In this document: piece after piece, positions 1 to 14,200 of the stretch
Layout of the letters: each line of letters starts with the position of its first letter
How positions within the stretch are numbered: position 1 is the stretch's first letter
Assembly (NCBI RefSeq): GCF_032062105.1
Contig: NW_026933486.1
Location: forward strand, 124,001 to 188,000
Direction: 5' to 3'
DNA from: Saccostrea cucullata
Taxonomy: Eukaryota
Length of the DNA: 64,000 nt
Program-made: the position numbers and the translations under genes
The notes under the pieces: generated by a model
What the model was told of the DNA's origin: nothing
The model's database searches: none
Seen by the model: only the letters and a program-made list of their open reading frames with translations

Positions 1-411
1 GTTTTGTTTATTAAGCTGTAAGCTTCTAACACTCAGACAGGAATTCACAAGTTAACCAGGTGAAATAAACATTAGATAAAAATGTACATTTTAGTTGTAG
101 TTTTAGTTTAGCATCATTGACCCTTCAATGAGGGAAGAGGGCAGAAAAAAATATTTTCTTAATCTTTACCCCCCCACCCCCACCCCCTGGATTTGGATTT
201 AGCATTATGGTAAGATTTCTCCAATGACAGAGAGCCAAAGGGAACTGCTTGGGTCTGGAGGTTTCTGTTCTGGGGTACAGAAGCTTTGGGGATGGGGGGG
301 TGGGGGTTAGTAATTGGGTCTTGTGACTCTTGTCAGCTGTGTCTGAGAACCATAGTATGACTGTGGTCCTTTTAAGTCCTGGAATCTCAGGGACAATGGC
401 AGACAGCCTAC

Positions 412-492
412 CTCCTTCCTTGGTCAGGTCCTCTTCGTGAGACTTGGCGTAAACTTGCGTTCCATCCACAGATACCACGTCTTTTTCTTCAT
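412..492 (-). CDS. FGFRL1: FGFRL1 acidic linker exon (DEEKDVVSVDGTQVYAKSHEEDLTKEG); gene continues beyond the left edge
   Basis: Pyrimidine-rich acceptor ending AG at 494-493 and donor GAG|GTAGGC at 411; 81 nt, phase 1-1; gives ...TLIVV-DEEKD, the acidic linker expected between Ig1 and Ig2. Confidence 0.82.
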
Positions 493-3400
493 CTTAAAAA
501 TAACGTAAAAAGAGAAATAATGATCATAATCTGCTGCAAGACAGCCCTACTGATAATGTACGCTCCATTGATATTGGGTTGGGTTTCATAAACTGATAAA
601 CGAGAAATGTTTGGGAAAATAAAGCTGTCATTAGTTCAATGTACCTACACTGGGAAACATCCATTAAAACTCAATATTTACAACATTTCCGCAGAGCAGT
701 GTATAAAAATGCACAAAAAAGCACGCCAACACAGCATCCTGGCATGTGCTTTTTACCCTCACGAAATGCATCACAAAAAACGTTTGGCAGACCTTTTTTT
801 TTTTAATTTTTCCTGTTAAAATTTTAATTCAAAAAGTACACCAGCTTCCTGCCTGGCTCAGCTGGGCTTCCTCCATTATTCCCTCCCCAGGGACGCAACA
901 ACAATGTGCTGAGTGTGACGTCCCACAGCGAGGATAAAAGCTTTAAAACACTTAAAACTTTTTTTATCAACTAATTTTGAAATCAGATGATAATTTGTCG
1001 GTGCATAGCTCTAATCTAGTGACGACAGGAGGCCAGATAGGCAGCCGGTCGTGGAAGCAAGGAATTCTGGTCTTTCTGCCAACGGCCAGTAATTCCATGA
1101 AGAAATGGCGGGTCTTACGAGGAAACAACCATTAGGGTGCTGGGTTTTAAAAATTAACAGTTATTGGTGTGTCAGTGTGATTCTGAGTATAGACAGACTT
1201 TGTGGCACTTTTTTACTTGTCTGAAAATTTGGGTAGATTAAAAAAGAACTAGAAAAAATTACAAAAAAAAGGAACAAAGCAAAATTTCATCAAAATACAA
1301 AAAAAATATCTTGAAAAAAATAAGTCATGGAATTTAGGTCATATAAAATTTATTATAACTCCAAATGTCTTATCTACAAAATAAATTCTGAAAAATCTTG
1401 CTTTGCAACACTGGATTGAAAGAATTTTTTTTAATTCAAATTAAATTAAAATCTAAATTCTGAAAATAAATATACACAAGTACACACAGGCAAGCTAAAG
1501 AGTCCATGGGCCTATCATAATTAATGTAATTAATATCAGATGATTGTAATAAAGCTTATAACCATTTAACTGCTATCAATCAAATCTCTGGAGGGGGGCA
1601 GAAAGAGACACAATAGAGAAGTTGTTCTGAGAGGGAGGGATCAGTAGATAATGACAAAGAAAGTGTTTAATTAACCCTAAATGGGTCTCCCACACTGCTC
1701 ATACCGACTCAACAGGACAGTACAAAAAGATCAAGTGTCAATTCATAAGAAACAATGATAACACTTTTTAAAAAAAACTGACTATTTTATGCAAAAAGAA
1801 AAGTAAAACATTAGCATTAAATTCATTCATCTTGTACTAGATGATGAATCCAGCTGAATTAGAATATTTTCATTGATATATATGGGAGTGATGGATGTTT
1901 TATTAACGTACATGCTATTATCAAATTTAAGGTAATTAGCCCTGAACTCCAGCGTGGATTTCCCTCCTTCTCGTTAATATCTTACTGATCAGAGAGGACT
2001 GTATAAAATTCAGCGTAACTTAATATCCTTGATTTTCAAAACAAACACGCACAACCCTCACTACTGAACACAGGTTTAAATTTTCTCTTGTGCGCTTTTT
2101 CTCTTTTTCTTATCAAACGTCTATCCACTTTCTTGTAAATCTCCCCTCAGCACCCCCCTCTGGTTTGGGTGGGCCACGAGATGATGTTTCAACCCGAACT
2201 TTTCTCCTATTACATGGGTACATTTTGAACATTAAAAAAAACCTTCACTTCCATTTTTATTTCTACCCTAAAATAAGCTGCATATGTATAGGATATAAAA
2301 TATAACACATTATATCTCCTCTTTAAAAACTATTACACATTAAATATTCTTCACAGAGTTCTTTTACAATCCTTACAAGGGATCAGATTTCCTGTACATA
2401 AATCAAAAAAAAAGTCTTTAAAGGAAAATGAAATTCTACACAATTGGCCTTTTAAGCTTCTGATAATCTCTCGCACATTAAGGCTGTTGGATAAATCTGA
2501 TCACAGCGTTGTTAACAGATCTTCATAACATTGTTAACATCACTAGAAGCAGTAAAAATGTGACTATTATCACCCTCGGAATCAGCCAGTCATATTTGCA
2601 TACTCTACGCTCTCACAAAGACTGGACCACGGAATATGGAGAAATATGACCGAGCTATATCAGACTTCACTAGTCGAGATACGCACTCGTAGATAATCAT
2701 CGACTCTGTACCCAAACAAAATACACCTATGAAATCGGAGAGAAAAGAAAAAAACTGGAGGAATCTTAATACCCTCATGAAATATTCACCGATCCTAAGG
2801 CGTAGTGACAGTCATGATTTACTTGACAATATTAGAACTCAGATGCTTGTCTTGTAACAACTTATTAAAAAGTCCCATGATGCTACTGAATGGTAGACAT
2901 GTTGTTTAGGGTTTACTTCATTTATCTCCAAGCTCCTTCTAATTAAATCTAATAACATCGACCGCAGGCCCCTATATACAAAATATCAGGTCAAAAATAT
3001 TAATTAAACACATTCTTTATAAAAAGTATTAGGGAAGAATGAAAATTTATAACAAGCTGAACTCAAAAACATATAATTAAAGTCAATTTATACTTTCAAG
3101 AAAATTCTTCACTGGTAATCTAATGAATATACGAGGGCTCGAAACCAGAAACTGAGAAATTGAATGTATGTGCAACAAGCACCTGCAAAACGTAGAAATT
3201 TCAGGAGAAACTAGGTTAATATCGACAGAATTGACAATTTATGCATCATATAGCAAAATAGAAAAAAGAAAACAAAGCCTGGCAGAGATGATGCAGTCCT
3301 GAACATTACAAGATAGGCTCAAGTCCAAGGCTGGATTTGTCGAGACGATGCGAGGATAATTATTGCATAATACACATCAACTATTAAATAACAAAGATGG

Positions 3401-6400
3401 TGTCACTAATAACTGTAAAATGCAGCAACTACTGAACGAGATTCTATCTCTGCAGTAAAACCATATATAGTGTGAGATGTGGAGTACAAACGACCTAGAT
3501 GACATTAATTACTGTTAATTGAACATCAGAAAAATGATCTTAATGTATCTTTGTCTAAATCTGTGAGGGATTTAATCCCCCTACTGTTGTGTCACAAATT
3601 TTAAAGTTGGTGTCAAAAGCACAAAAAATCCAATGCTAAAATGGTATTTTTATTGAAGTTTTGGTTGAACAGTGAATTTTTAAGTGTGATAATTGTTATT
3701 GTGTGAAAGGAAAGTCTAATCCGGGTGATTTTTACTTTAGATTTGTATCCAAATTACGAGATTTACTTTGACAAGAAGAGCTCAGACCTGGACAGTAATA
3801 GGACGTCAGATTTTGTTCCGTTTCTTTGGCCCAGGTATGGATGATAATTAACGCTGGACTTGTAAATCCCCCGACTTACGCAGCCCTGACAATAAAACCA
3901 GGGTCAACAGGTCTCAGAACCTGACCCCTTGTGACTAACATAGTCAAATTCATTCAACATCTAACGCTGGAATTTCAGATGAATTTTTTTTCGTCATTCC
4001 TGAGGATTTTTTTTTTGTGGATTAATCATCAGATCAGAGAGAATTGTGAATTGGATATCCCTGATTGGTGTTGCTGTCTCTCAGCAGCTTACTGGGATAT
4101 CAGCTCTGGTAGCTACGGAAAACTCAACTCCCCCTTCTCCGTACAATGTACATATGTCATCACCCCGAGGAATCCAATTTTCCGACTCCTTTTTGTATTT
4201 ATATACATCCCTGATTAATGATGATTGTGATAGAAATCAGATCTCTGAGCCCGACAAATCTCAGGCCACCATTTCTCTACTCAAGTGGCTCTCAGAACCT
4301 TCCTTTTTTTCTAATGGTGTTGTTTTAGCTTTCACAATGACAATTCGTAAGAATGTGTACCACACTCTGAATGGGCTTGAATGACATGCCCTGTAGGTAT
4401 GGGATAAAACTCTGCGGATTTTATCAGCCAGTTTCACTCAATAGTGCCAAAGAAATATTAAAAGTCAATATTTTGATAAGATGGCAGAACTGGGGACAAA
4501 GAGAGCTGAGCCTTTTGTGGTGGACTGAGGGCCAGAAGCCCTCAATGGAAAAGAATGTTTATTTATAATTATCCTTCTAAATCTGGCAGTCCATTGGACA
4601 CAGACCAGGGGCTTCATTTCCTCCTCCTCCCCGCCATGTGTTTATAGAGAGACTTCACATTGACACCGTGTAAAATAAGATGACATGCATTTACATTTTC
4701 TCCGACCCTCTACCCCCCCCCCCCCCCAATACCACTGCACCTTCAATGAATAATTATTAAGTCTTCACAATGCCACCAAAATTTCTCATCACAGACAAAT
4801 CAATACAGTGCGTAGCTTTTTTTTTACTAACTACCTCCATTATTTTTAATCTTGGTGTGAGGAATTTAGTTAAGGGCCACACTGTTGACAATGGGACCCA
4901 GTTTTCCAATCAAAGAAATGAGATTAGGCATTGATACAATGGGAGAAAGACTTGTTGATGCTGGACTCTCAAACTCTGTGGTTCAAGGAATGAAAAGGGG
5001 GCTAGTCAATATAAAGTTAATAATAAAAGAATAAGATTAGCAGCCACTTCTGATCTGGGCTGTGACACCTTATCATGATCATGTCTGGGCCTAAGAAAAC
5101 ACAGGTCTTAAATATGAGTTAGTTACCACATTTAGAAAACATTTATTGTACAAAAGACTCATGATGCACTTAAAAACTTTTTTTTTTTACATAATTAAAG
5201 AATATACATTAATATTATTTTGAAGTTTTCCAATATAAAGATATTAAAATTTCTTCTAAAATTAACAAAAATTATGAATCTAATTCAAATTTATATGCAG
5301 GTATACTTGACAGGTTTGATTTTAAAGCTAACAAAATTGACACCTAAATGTGACAATGCTAATTCATACTGAAAAAAGTTATGGCATTTAGATCTTTAAT
5401 ATCTCATGCTGTAAATCATGACATCCAAATAAATTAAGTTTTGAGAGGTGCGAGCAACACGGCTGCCATTTTATCACAAAAATAACGGCAAAAACAAAGG
5501 GTGTCGCAGGCGACTGACGATAACAGCTTATCAAGTGTGTTTGACTTTCTCAACTCGCGGACCCCTAAACGTCAACTCCACGTCTCAAAATGTACAAATA
5601 ATTGTCCTTCAATTGAATGTGCAAATGTTCATTTTTGTTAAATTAGCAACTAGATGTTTGAAAAATACTTAATTTGGGCTGAGGAACAGAAATAGATTTG
5701 AGTTTTCGTCTTTCTGGCCCCTGACGTCGCAGGTATTGAGTGAGTCGTGTACGACAATCCTGGAATCCAGTGTCGCGAGAGGAAGATTTTGTTTACACAC
5801 AAAAAACGGGGGATTTTCTTAAATCCAGCTTCATCTGTTACCAAATTTTTTTAAAATCCATGAAGAAATATTACTTTTTTCACAGAGTAATGAGTTAAGT
5901 ATTTATAGCAATATTTTATTTTTAAAATCATTCGCAGGGTGGTTTTTCAGGGACCAATTAAAACATAGATGCAAATTCAAAATCAGCATTTTACTTAGTC
6001 AACTAAAAGATCAATAATAAAAGTTTAAAAACAAACTGATAAATTTATAAGAAAATAAGCTTGAACCTATTAATACAAAAAAACTAAATTTTTATGAAAA
6101 TAAGCTTGAACCTTTAAATACAAAAAAAATGTCATTCTACATGATTGGCCTTCCTAACTGTTAACCATTACAATTCAGTCAAGGATAAACTGCTATCAGT
6201 TATGACAGAATTATGATGGGTCTCTGTTAATGACCCTGACATCCCAGCTGGCCAATAAAATCTCACCACAGTCCAGTCAGACTGATCAGACCAGACTAAA
6301 ATGACCACCGAGAGAGAGGCCATAAATCTCGTAAATTATCACCTCTACAGCGGGTCAGCTAAGGAGAGAGGGGGGGGTTAAGTCAGGAAACTGTTAATGC

Positions 6401-8512
6401 CAACAAGACATTGGGAGCAGGGTTAAACCAAGGAAACTGTAAAACATTAACAAGACAGCAATAACAATAAATGATGCTCAGTGGTGGATCCAAAAATCTT
6501 GAAAAGGGGGGCCCAACCACTCTTGGGTCAGGGTAGGGGTCCACCGCCACACCATAAAAAACATTAATTTATCAAATCTTGTGTATATTTTCTTAATCCG
6601 CGAGTAGTTCTGATAGAGCAACCTTGGATAGGAATAGCTCCAAATGATGCTTCAATAGAGCAACTCTTGGAGATTTGGAGATTAAGTAATACCATTCATG
6701 GGGGCTAATTGAATGTGTAACAAAATGTCTTAATTAGAGCATTACTTTATCTAATAAAGTCTTTCAGTCTAAAAATTTCTTTTGGCTCTACTAATGTAGT
6801 AAATTTTGCTTCTCATTCATCAAAGAGCTCTCTCTATTTCTTTCTAGTATCAATATAAAGTTATTATGAACAGCTAGATTGACAAGAAATAAGTTTTTAT
6901 CATTTTCGAACCCTAGGGTGCTCCCCTCCCACTTCCCCTGCACCAAACTCCACCCCTCAAATAAAGAAGACCCCTTCACTAAATGTGACCTCATTTCTAT
7001 AATTTTCTAATCTTTATCCAAACTCCCGTATTTGTTTAATAAACAGGGAAATGGTAACACAATAACACTCCATCTGAATCAACAGACCCAGGATACAAGA
7101 ATAATTACCCCCCAATCCCTCCACAAACCCCTCACGTCAAAAATCCGCATCAGCAGAATCTTATATCTAAAATAATGTTTGTTTTTCAGCCTAAAATTAG
7201 TCTCGTTAAAACGTTAACAATTTGTGAGAATAACGAGGCCCCATTTACTCCATTACTGTGATGGGGATGGATGAGGAATACGAGGGAGATGGACAGGAAC
7301 TGACCGAGTCCAGAGGAAGGGCCGAGAATCGGGTCAAGTCTGAAATAATTGGTTCCAAATGCTCCAATCAGAGACTTGTAGACCGAACCTGGAAATATGT
7401 TCAGTGACTGTTTATGACACAAGAAATCTGCAATTTCCTTTCCATATGTAGTCCAGCAATTGATTTTCCATCTTCTACCATAATAACCTTAAAACCTTTC
7501 CTCAAGTCCTATTATCCGATGAACAAGTTGATTCCAGTCGATTTTTACAGGAAATGGACATACTGATGATGGGAATTTTCTCTGTGTGTGTAAGCCAATT
7601 AGGAACAAGAAAATGCGGACAAGAAATGTTTATCACCCGGCTTATAGCATCTTATTGCCACCACAAGCAGATTCAGTCCAATTTACCAATCTTTTCATTA
7701 ATAAGAAAACCAAGAGGATTTCCCCTGGAAGACTCCGGTCAGAAGACTGATTCACTGTCACGTTTATACAATGACTAACACTCAGTTACTGCAAAGGATA
7801 GTTCTGGTCACTAACAGGTGTTAAAAATTAAATTCAAGTTTTCAATATGCAAAATATTTGACATTTTTACAAAAGCTAAGTGTGTGAATGTGTGCTGGGA
7901 GGGGGTGTCCAAATTTAATATGTACAATTTTCTCTTTTGTTTCAAAAAAACCTCAGACAAAAATAAAACCCAAGAACATATAGATTTTGAGGCATCAGCT
8001 TAGCTTACAAACCTAGGATTTCATTTTTACAAGACTAATTAGTAAAGGGAACCTTATTAGTCATTTCCAGATGAAGACTGAGACATTCCTGATAGATCAA
8101 TTTCATCTGTTGTCCATTATAAAAATGGCCATCTAACTTATAGCTCTATATCCCCCATCCATCACTGCCCAGACAAACCCAGAACCACATCAGTTTTCTG
8201 AAGAACACTTCCTTTCTTTGTCAAACACATCAATAGAAAAACAAGACAGATGGACCCTAACAAAGATTTTGATACACACAGAATCCAGTTTTGCATAAGG
8301 CAGACTTTAAGATAATGGAGGTCATTTCCCCTTATTCACAAAGCACATTGGCTTATAAACATAAAATCCAAATTGATTCTTTTTGACATTCAATGAAGTC
8401 ATCAAGTGAATTTCTGCCAATGAAGTTATCTATATGATCCTACAAGAGGTTGTTCCCCCTTTTAATTTAACATATAGGAGTTAGCTCCCTTCAATAAAAA
8501 ATGTTAACTTAC

Positions 8513-8788
8513 CAACAACGATTAGTGTATAGTTAACACTGATGCTGCCGAATCCGTTGGTCGCTTTACAGACGTATCTCCCAGCATTCTCTACTTCTAT
8601 CTGTTTAATCCGTAAAGACCCGTCCTTTAGCACTTTATGATTTTCCCATAATTCATTTATACTTTCACCGTCTTTCTTCCATTCTATAAATGGAAACGGA
8701 TCTCCTTCCACTTGACACAGTAATTTTTTCGTATGATTCACTTTCGCTATTTGTCTCCCTTTGCCGTCACCGACATATTTTGGAGGAC
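8513..8788 (-). CDS. FGFRL1: FGFRL1 Ig-like domain 1 exon
   Basis: 276 nt, phase 1-1, acceptor ttttgatttttccAG and donor GTAAGT. Translation GPPKY...LLCQVEGDPFPFIEWKKDG...AGRYVCKATNGFGSISVNYTLIVV matches FGFRL1 Ig1 as I recall it (CPVEGDPPP..W.KDG ... YVCKATNGFGSLSVNYTL). Confidence 0.93.
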
Positions 8789-11700
8789 CTGGAAAAATCA
8801 AAACAAAACATTTATAATCGAGATATTAGTCATAATACGCAGCATACCATGTCTTCTATAATGTCTACCTCAAGGCTTTATAAATGGCAGAAACTGGGTC
8901 AAACAGAATTAATAATTCTTGTACCATAAACCAAATCATTAGTGAAGAACAGGACAACTGACTTTCCTGTGATTATAAATCTGTGTTTTTGTATTGATTA
9001 TAAAATATTTCTTCTCTTACTCACAAAAAAAGTCAACTTATTCATTTATGTAATGTCTGTTACATACGTAAACTCAAGGAAAGCTGATAATCTGATTGAG
9101 AAATGACAACAAAATAATTAGCCAGGCAGAAAAAGACCTAGCAGAAGAGGCCTATCATAGAGATGTCATGTGATACTTGATGACAATGTACATAAGCTTT
9201 TCTATCAATACGAGGACCAGGTCTTGTTCATTTTTGGGGGATGTTTTACAGAAGGTTAATGGTTTGAGTTACAACATTTCCCCATGTTTTTGTTATTGGA
9301 CAATAGCAGGTGCCCCTTATTCAATCTCTAACAGACACCAGTCTTCATTTCTGTTTAATACCACACAACACATGTACACCTCCATTGTACTTTTATCAAT
9401 TTAAAACTTTTTTTGTTACATTTTTTGCTCCGATACCGTAACACAGGCTATCTCTCTCATCAGTGTGCACACGTCTTACTCTAATTCTTTTCATTTTTAC
9501 TCTCGAATTCCCAAGTTTTAGGATTTGGAGCCAAACCAGGCTTCGACGGTGTTAGTTTTTTGTATATGCTGGAGCCTTAAGTGGCCAGAAATGCCGATAA
9601 TGTGTAAATAGCCAATTATCCTTTTCAAAAACTAAAATTAAAAAGTTGTGTAACATGATGGAGCATGTGCTATCTGAGAATTACAACACTTGAGAAGCTG
9701 CTAGTCCTTGTCAGGTGGTGTAATGGAAACATCCCTCCCGCTTCATAAAGCGCCGCTCACAAATCATAATTCTCACCAATAAATCCGAGGGGGATGGCAA
9801 ATGCAGTTTTAATGTATCAAAAGTTTAACAGGTTTAAGTGCAGGCAGCAGGCATGGAATGCTAGCCTGGCTTCCAAGGAAAACAGATTTCCTTCACCCAT
9901 GTCACGTCCCTGCCAAAGATAAAATGGTCGACCTTGTCAAGTATAATGGATCTGTCAAATGAAAAGCTTTAACATTCTAATACACAAAACCAATCAGTGA
10001 CTGAAGTCATCCACTCTAAATGGGCCCTGTTCTGCAATTCATTGCTGCTGTTTTAATATTCAAACCTTTAGAAAGCTATTTACTGCTGATAGCTAATAGA
10101 GAATATTTCTAATTTATTCAAGGGTTTAATAGAGTTGCAGTGATTATCGGCCTGCCAATATTGCATGTTCTCAGCATGTAGACCTTTCTGGCATTTATAC
10201 ACAGCCTTAGCACCAGCTGTTCTGGGGGACCAGTCATTATTCCGGCTATGTTACCAGCTGTTCAGGGGACCAGTTGTTATTTTGGCTATGTTGCCAGGGC
10301 TGTCAGGGAAACTACTCCAATCAGTTTTAAGAATTTCTTGTAACTATTAAGATCTTAATGCAGTGGTAATGATTATAATGGGTAACTTGTGTTTTAGTTT
10401 TAATGGGGACAAGTCGCGGAATAAGGCTGGGAAGGCGGAAGATTTTTACATTGTCTGATGGAGAGAGGAGGGGAGGATATTCCAGGGAATTACGTTCATA
10501 CAACTAATGGTGTCTCAACAATTGTCTGAGTTTAGTTTTGAAAAGCATAAATGCATTTCAATTAATGCCTTCTTTATTGCTGATTTACAACTGAATGACG
10601 GAAATATCTAATTTATGATAAAATGTGATGGACAACAAAAAGAATTTTAAAAAATTTTTGAAAAAAAATATTTTAAAAAGGTAAATCTTCAATTGTTAAG
10701 ATACGTAAAGCTTAGATAAAGAAGAAAAATAGGGAAGAAAACAGTTATCATTCAATAATTTAATGATTTCAGAAAACTTCCTGCCTCACACAGAACAAGG
10801 AGGAAAAAAAATCACTTAGGATATCAAAGATGGCAGAACTTGATACCTTACTCAGAGCAGTTATTGTTTGGAGTTTCTAGACTTGAGCTAATGGCTCCTA
10901 AATGATATTTAGTAATTAATACCACACATCTCCCCACTTCATACAGATAGCCCCCCCATCAAAGTAAATCTGGGCTGTTATTATTTGATTGGGGGACCCC
11001 TCACCAGCGCTTTCTCTGCTGATAAAGATGCCTCCTATACTGTTAACAGAGCAGTGCTTTCTATGATAAAAAGATGTACAGATTCTTCCACTAAGTTTTC
11101 ATATAAATTGCTTTCTAATAGTAAATATGTGTAACTACTGTTTGGGATGTGAGCATGGTTTCTCCAGAATTTTGATAAGATTTTATGGTTACACAGCGCT
11201 GTTTCTGGGGGGAACGTGATATTGCTGCCTTACATGACCAGCGGCCATTACGGACTTGAGTCATTTACTAATTGGGGTCCAGTGACTGGTCAATGAGTGG
11301 TCACCGTGAGTAATTAACCCTTATAAGCCTCCAATATTTCCTCTGTTTAATTAATCCCCTGGTCTCAGATTCCCTTCCCTGATGTACTAGCTGCCAGGAA
11401 TTATGTCAATATACTTTTCTCAGTAGTTTTATGAACCAGCAAGAATTAAAAACCTATCTTTCCTTTAACATACTAATGCTGACTAGTAAATTCTTCCATG
11501 TGAAAAACCCTTTTCAATTGTAAAATGATACCTTTGGAGAATGATAATATTTTGCAGCTGCATTTATATACTACTATTAGATTATAAAAATTGCAGATTT
11601 ATTTTTTCCTGCACATTAATTTTACTGTAAACAGTGTCACATTTTAAGATTCCTATCTTGGTGTAGCGATACATGTCTGTTCCCATAATTCCCTGGTGTC

Positions 11701-13742
11701 TATACCCCGTACCCAGTATTTATCACAATTATACACCAGTCTACAGCCCTAGCTTTGATATGGCTTTCCTGGCATATTGAGCTACTTTTTTCTTCATCAG
11801 AGTCTGCAGCTAAGTATGTGTAACTGTGGGTATCCCCCTAATTCGATTACCCAAGCCTCCTATCCCCTTAATTCATAGCTATATCAACGTAATTCAATTA
11901 CCAGAAGAACCGTAATTTTTTTCTTCGTTTTTTACTGCTACATTTATCACAACATAACATTCAGATCATAAACATGCTAATCAAATTTCTTGCGATTCGA
12001 TTACTGGAAATTATTTCTGTACCAGGCAGACATTTCAAGAAAATTAAATGAAAACAATAGCTTCTAAAAAACATCACAGGAAAAATCGGGAGAAAATTGG
12101 TAATAGTGCAGAATGGCACAGCTATATAACAATGCCGATTATTTGTCTAAATTATTTGTCTGCACTTTGATTATTGCTATATACCCACACATTTCATTCT
12201 GCTAAAGTTAGATCATAAAATACCAGTTATCTGTAAACTTTGGCATCTCTTAGTACTAAATGCTACACCAACACAAAACCAAACATCCCTTAGAACAACA
12301 TAATAACAAAAAAACATGACAAGTTACACAAGAACTGCATTTATAGCTCGTTAAAAACACCACTTATTAATAGAGCCTAAACAGAGCCATTTATCCCCAA
12401 TACCAATATTTTTATGAAATAAAAATGTCTCAAGAACTTAAAAATAACACTGGGGACCTGTGCTGGCCATAAATAATGCATTAATCAGCTTCCTGAGAAG
12501 TAAAAACCCCAAACAATTAACGGGATGTAGCTGTGTTTGCTTCACCCCCCACTGCTCCGCGAAAGCTCTACAACATCCAGAGTGTATAAATTTGTCAGTT
12601 TCTGTTTCCCTGTACAGATCTTGATGTTTAACCCTCGTCTGTCATTCCAGGCCAGGTCTCGGGAGTTCTGTTTCTGACCAACCAATGACAAACGGCCTTA
12701 GCAATCGCAGGGTGATGAAAAAGATCGACCAACGAGGAGGTGATGAAAAAAGTTCTTGTAACTCGTGAACAAAAGCATGGTCCTCCTAAAGATCAGAGGA
12801 ATTCATGTAGAAAAACACACACCTAGCCGGAGAATCAACGCTTCTCGCAGGTGCTTAAACTTAAACACCTAGATGAATGAGCTAAAACACCAAAGGCCAA
12901 TTCCTGGAGAAATTACAGTAATTTTCTACCTTAATAAGATAATTTTTACATCAAGAATTGCGTGAAGATAAATGCGCATTTCCAGGCCGTTACACACATT
13001 CTGTTTAACTCTGTGGTAGTCTTTGCTAGAGCAAGCATTTCATCCCATGTTTGTCACAGTATGACCTTGACCTTTGACCTTGGTTCCCATCACCATACTG
13101 CTTATTCCCACCCAGGTAGAAACTGACAATGGGGCGCGATCACGACTCACTGTCACTACAATTACACCATCTGCTAAGCATCCAGAATTCCTTCTCTTTT
13201 TTTAAATTTCATTTGTCATCCATCAAATAACTTGTTTGAAAAAAAATAGACCAGGCGGAATTGATAATCCTATTTCCACAGCTGCAAAAGTTGCATTTTA
13301 ATTAAAAGAAATAAATTAACAAGCCTAAAATAATTAACTTTTATATACTGCCCACATCTGAGAAAATATAAAATTTTCAGATTAACTTTTTTGAGAAATT
13401 AAAAATAAATTAATTTCTACATCCTGCATGGTGACTCATAAGTACTAATTAGTCACTAAATTATACCCACATTTCTCATTAGCAGGATTAGTTCTAACAT
13501 TTACCATTATATTTGAAAAATCTAAATTGTTTGGTTATGAGTGTAGAATTTAAGAGCTTTAATTTTGTAATTAATTTGTTTCAGTTGTTGATGAGAATAT
13601 CCAAAAAGGGGGCTAAATATTGTCAAGTTTTAGAGAAAAAAATACATGTACATCTTACTGAACAAATACCCTCAATGAAATTTTGACCAAGAGTCCTCTC
13701 TCTCTATTTTTTTAATTAGTTAAGAAACACTTCAAGGAGACC

Positions 13743-14200
13743 ATGCAAGCTAGATTTAGAACAGCAAACCATAAATTACCCATTGAAACAGGAAGATGGG
13801 AAGGTATTGAAAGAATTAATAGAATATGTCTTTTATGTAAAAATGATCTTGGTGATGAATTCCACTATATTTTATGTTGTGAAAAATTAAAAGATGAAAG
13901 AAAATTGTACATTCCGAAATATTATTTTACAAGACCAAATATTATCAAATTTAATGAATTGTTTTCTTCAAAAAATGTTGGACTATTGAGTAAACTCTGT
14001 TCTTTTATTAAAATTTTAAACGAGAGAGTCAAACCTCCAGGTTAACATCAGTGTAAACATATATGGAAATACTTGATTATAAGCACACTTTGTATATCAT
14101 ATATATGCTCACGCATGTATGTATATATGTTATGATAATATGTATTGATCTCTGTGTTGTTAAATAACAACCAAAGAGATGTTAATAAACTGGTAAACTG
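13743..14200 (+). mobile_element. 3' end of a non-LTR retrotransposon (RTE-X-like) in an FGFRL1 intron, antisense to the gene
   Basis: ORF2 C-terminus RFRTANHKLPIETGRW...RICLLC...GDEFHYILCC...RPNIIKF with a CCHC-type knuckle, followed by a 3' UTR ending AATAAACTGGTAAACTGG. Confidence 0.8.

Noticed and set aside
125-411. C-terminal part of the 117-aa ORF (125-478)
   Set aside because: Read-through past the donor at 411 into intron and low-complexity poly-C sequence; only 412-492 is supported as exon.
607-8003. Many 60-110 aa ORFs in the FGFRL1 intron
   Set aside because: Non-ATG starts, composition typical of AT-rich non-coding DNA, and no domains or consistent splice structure.
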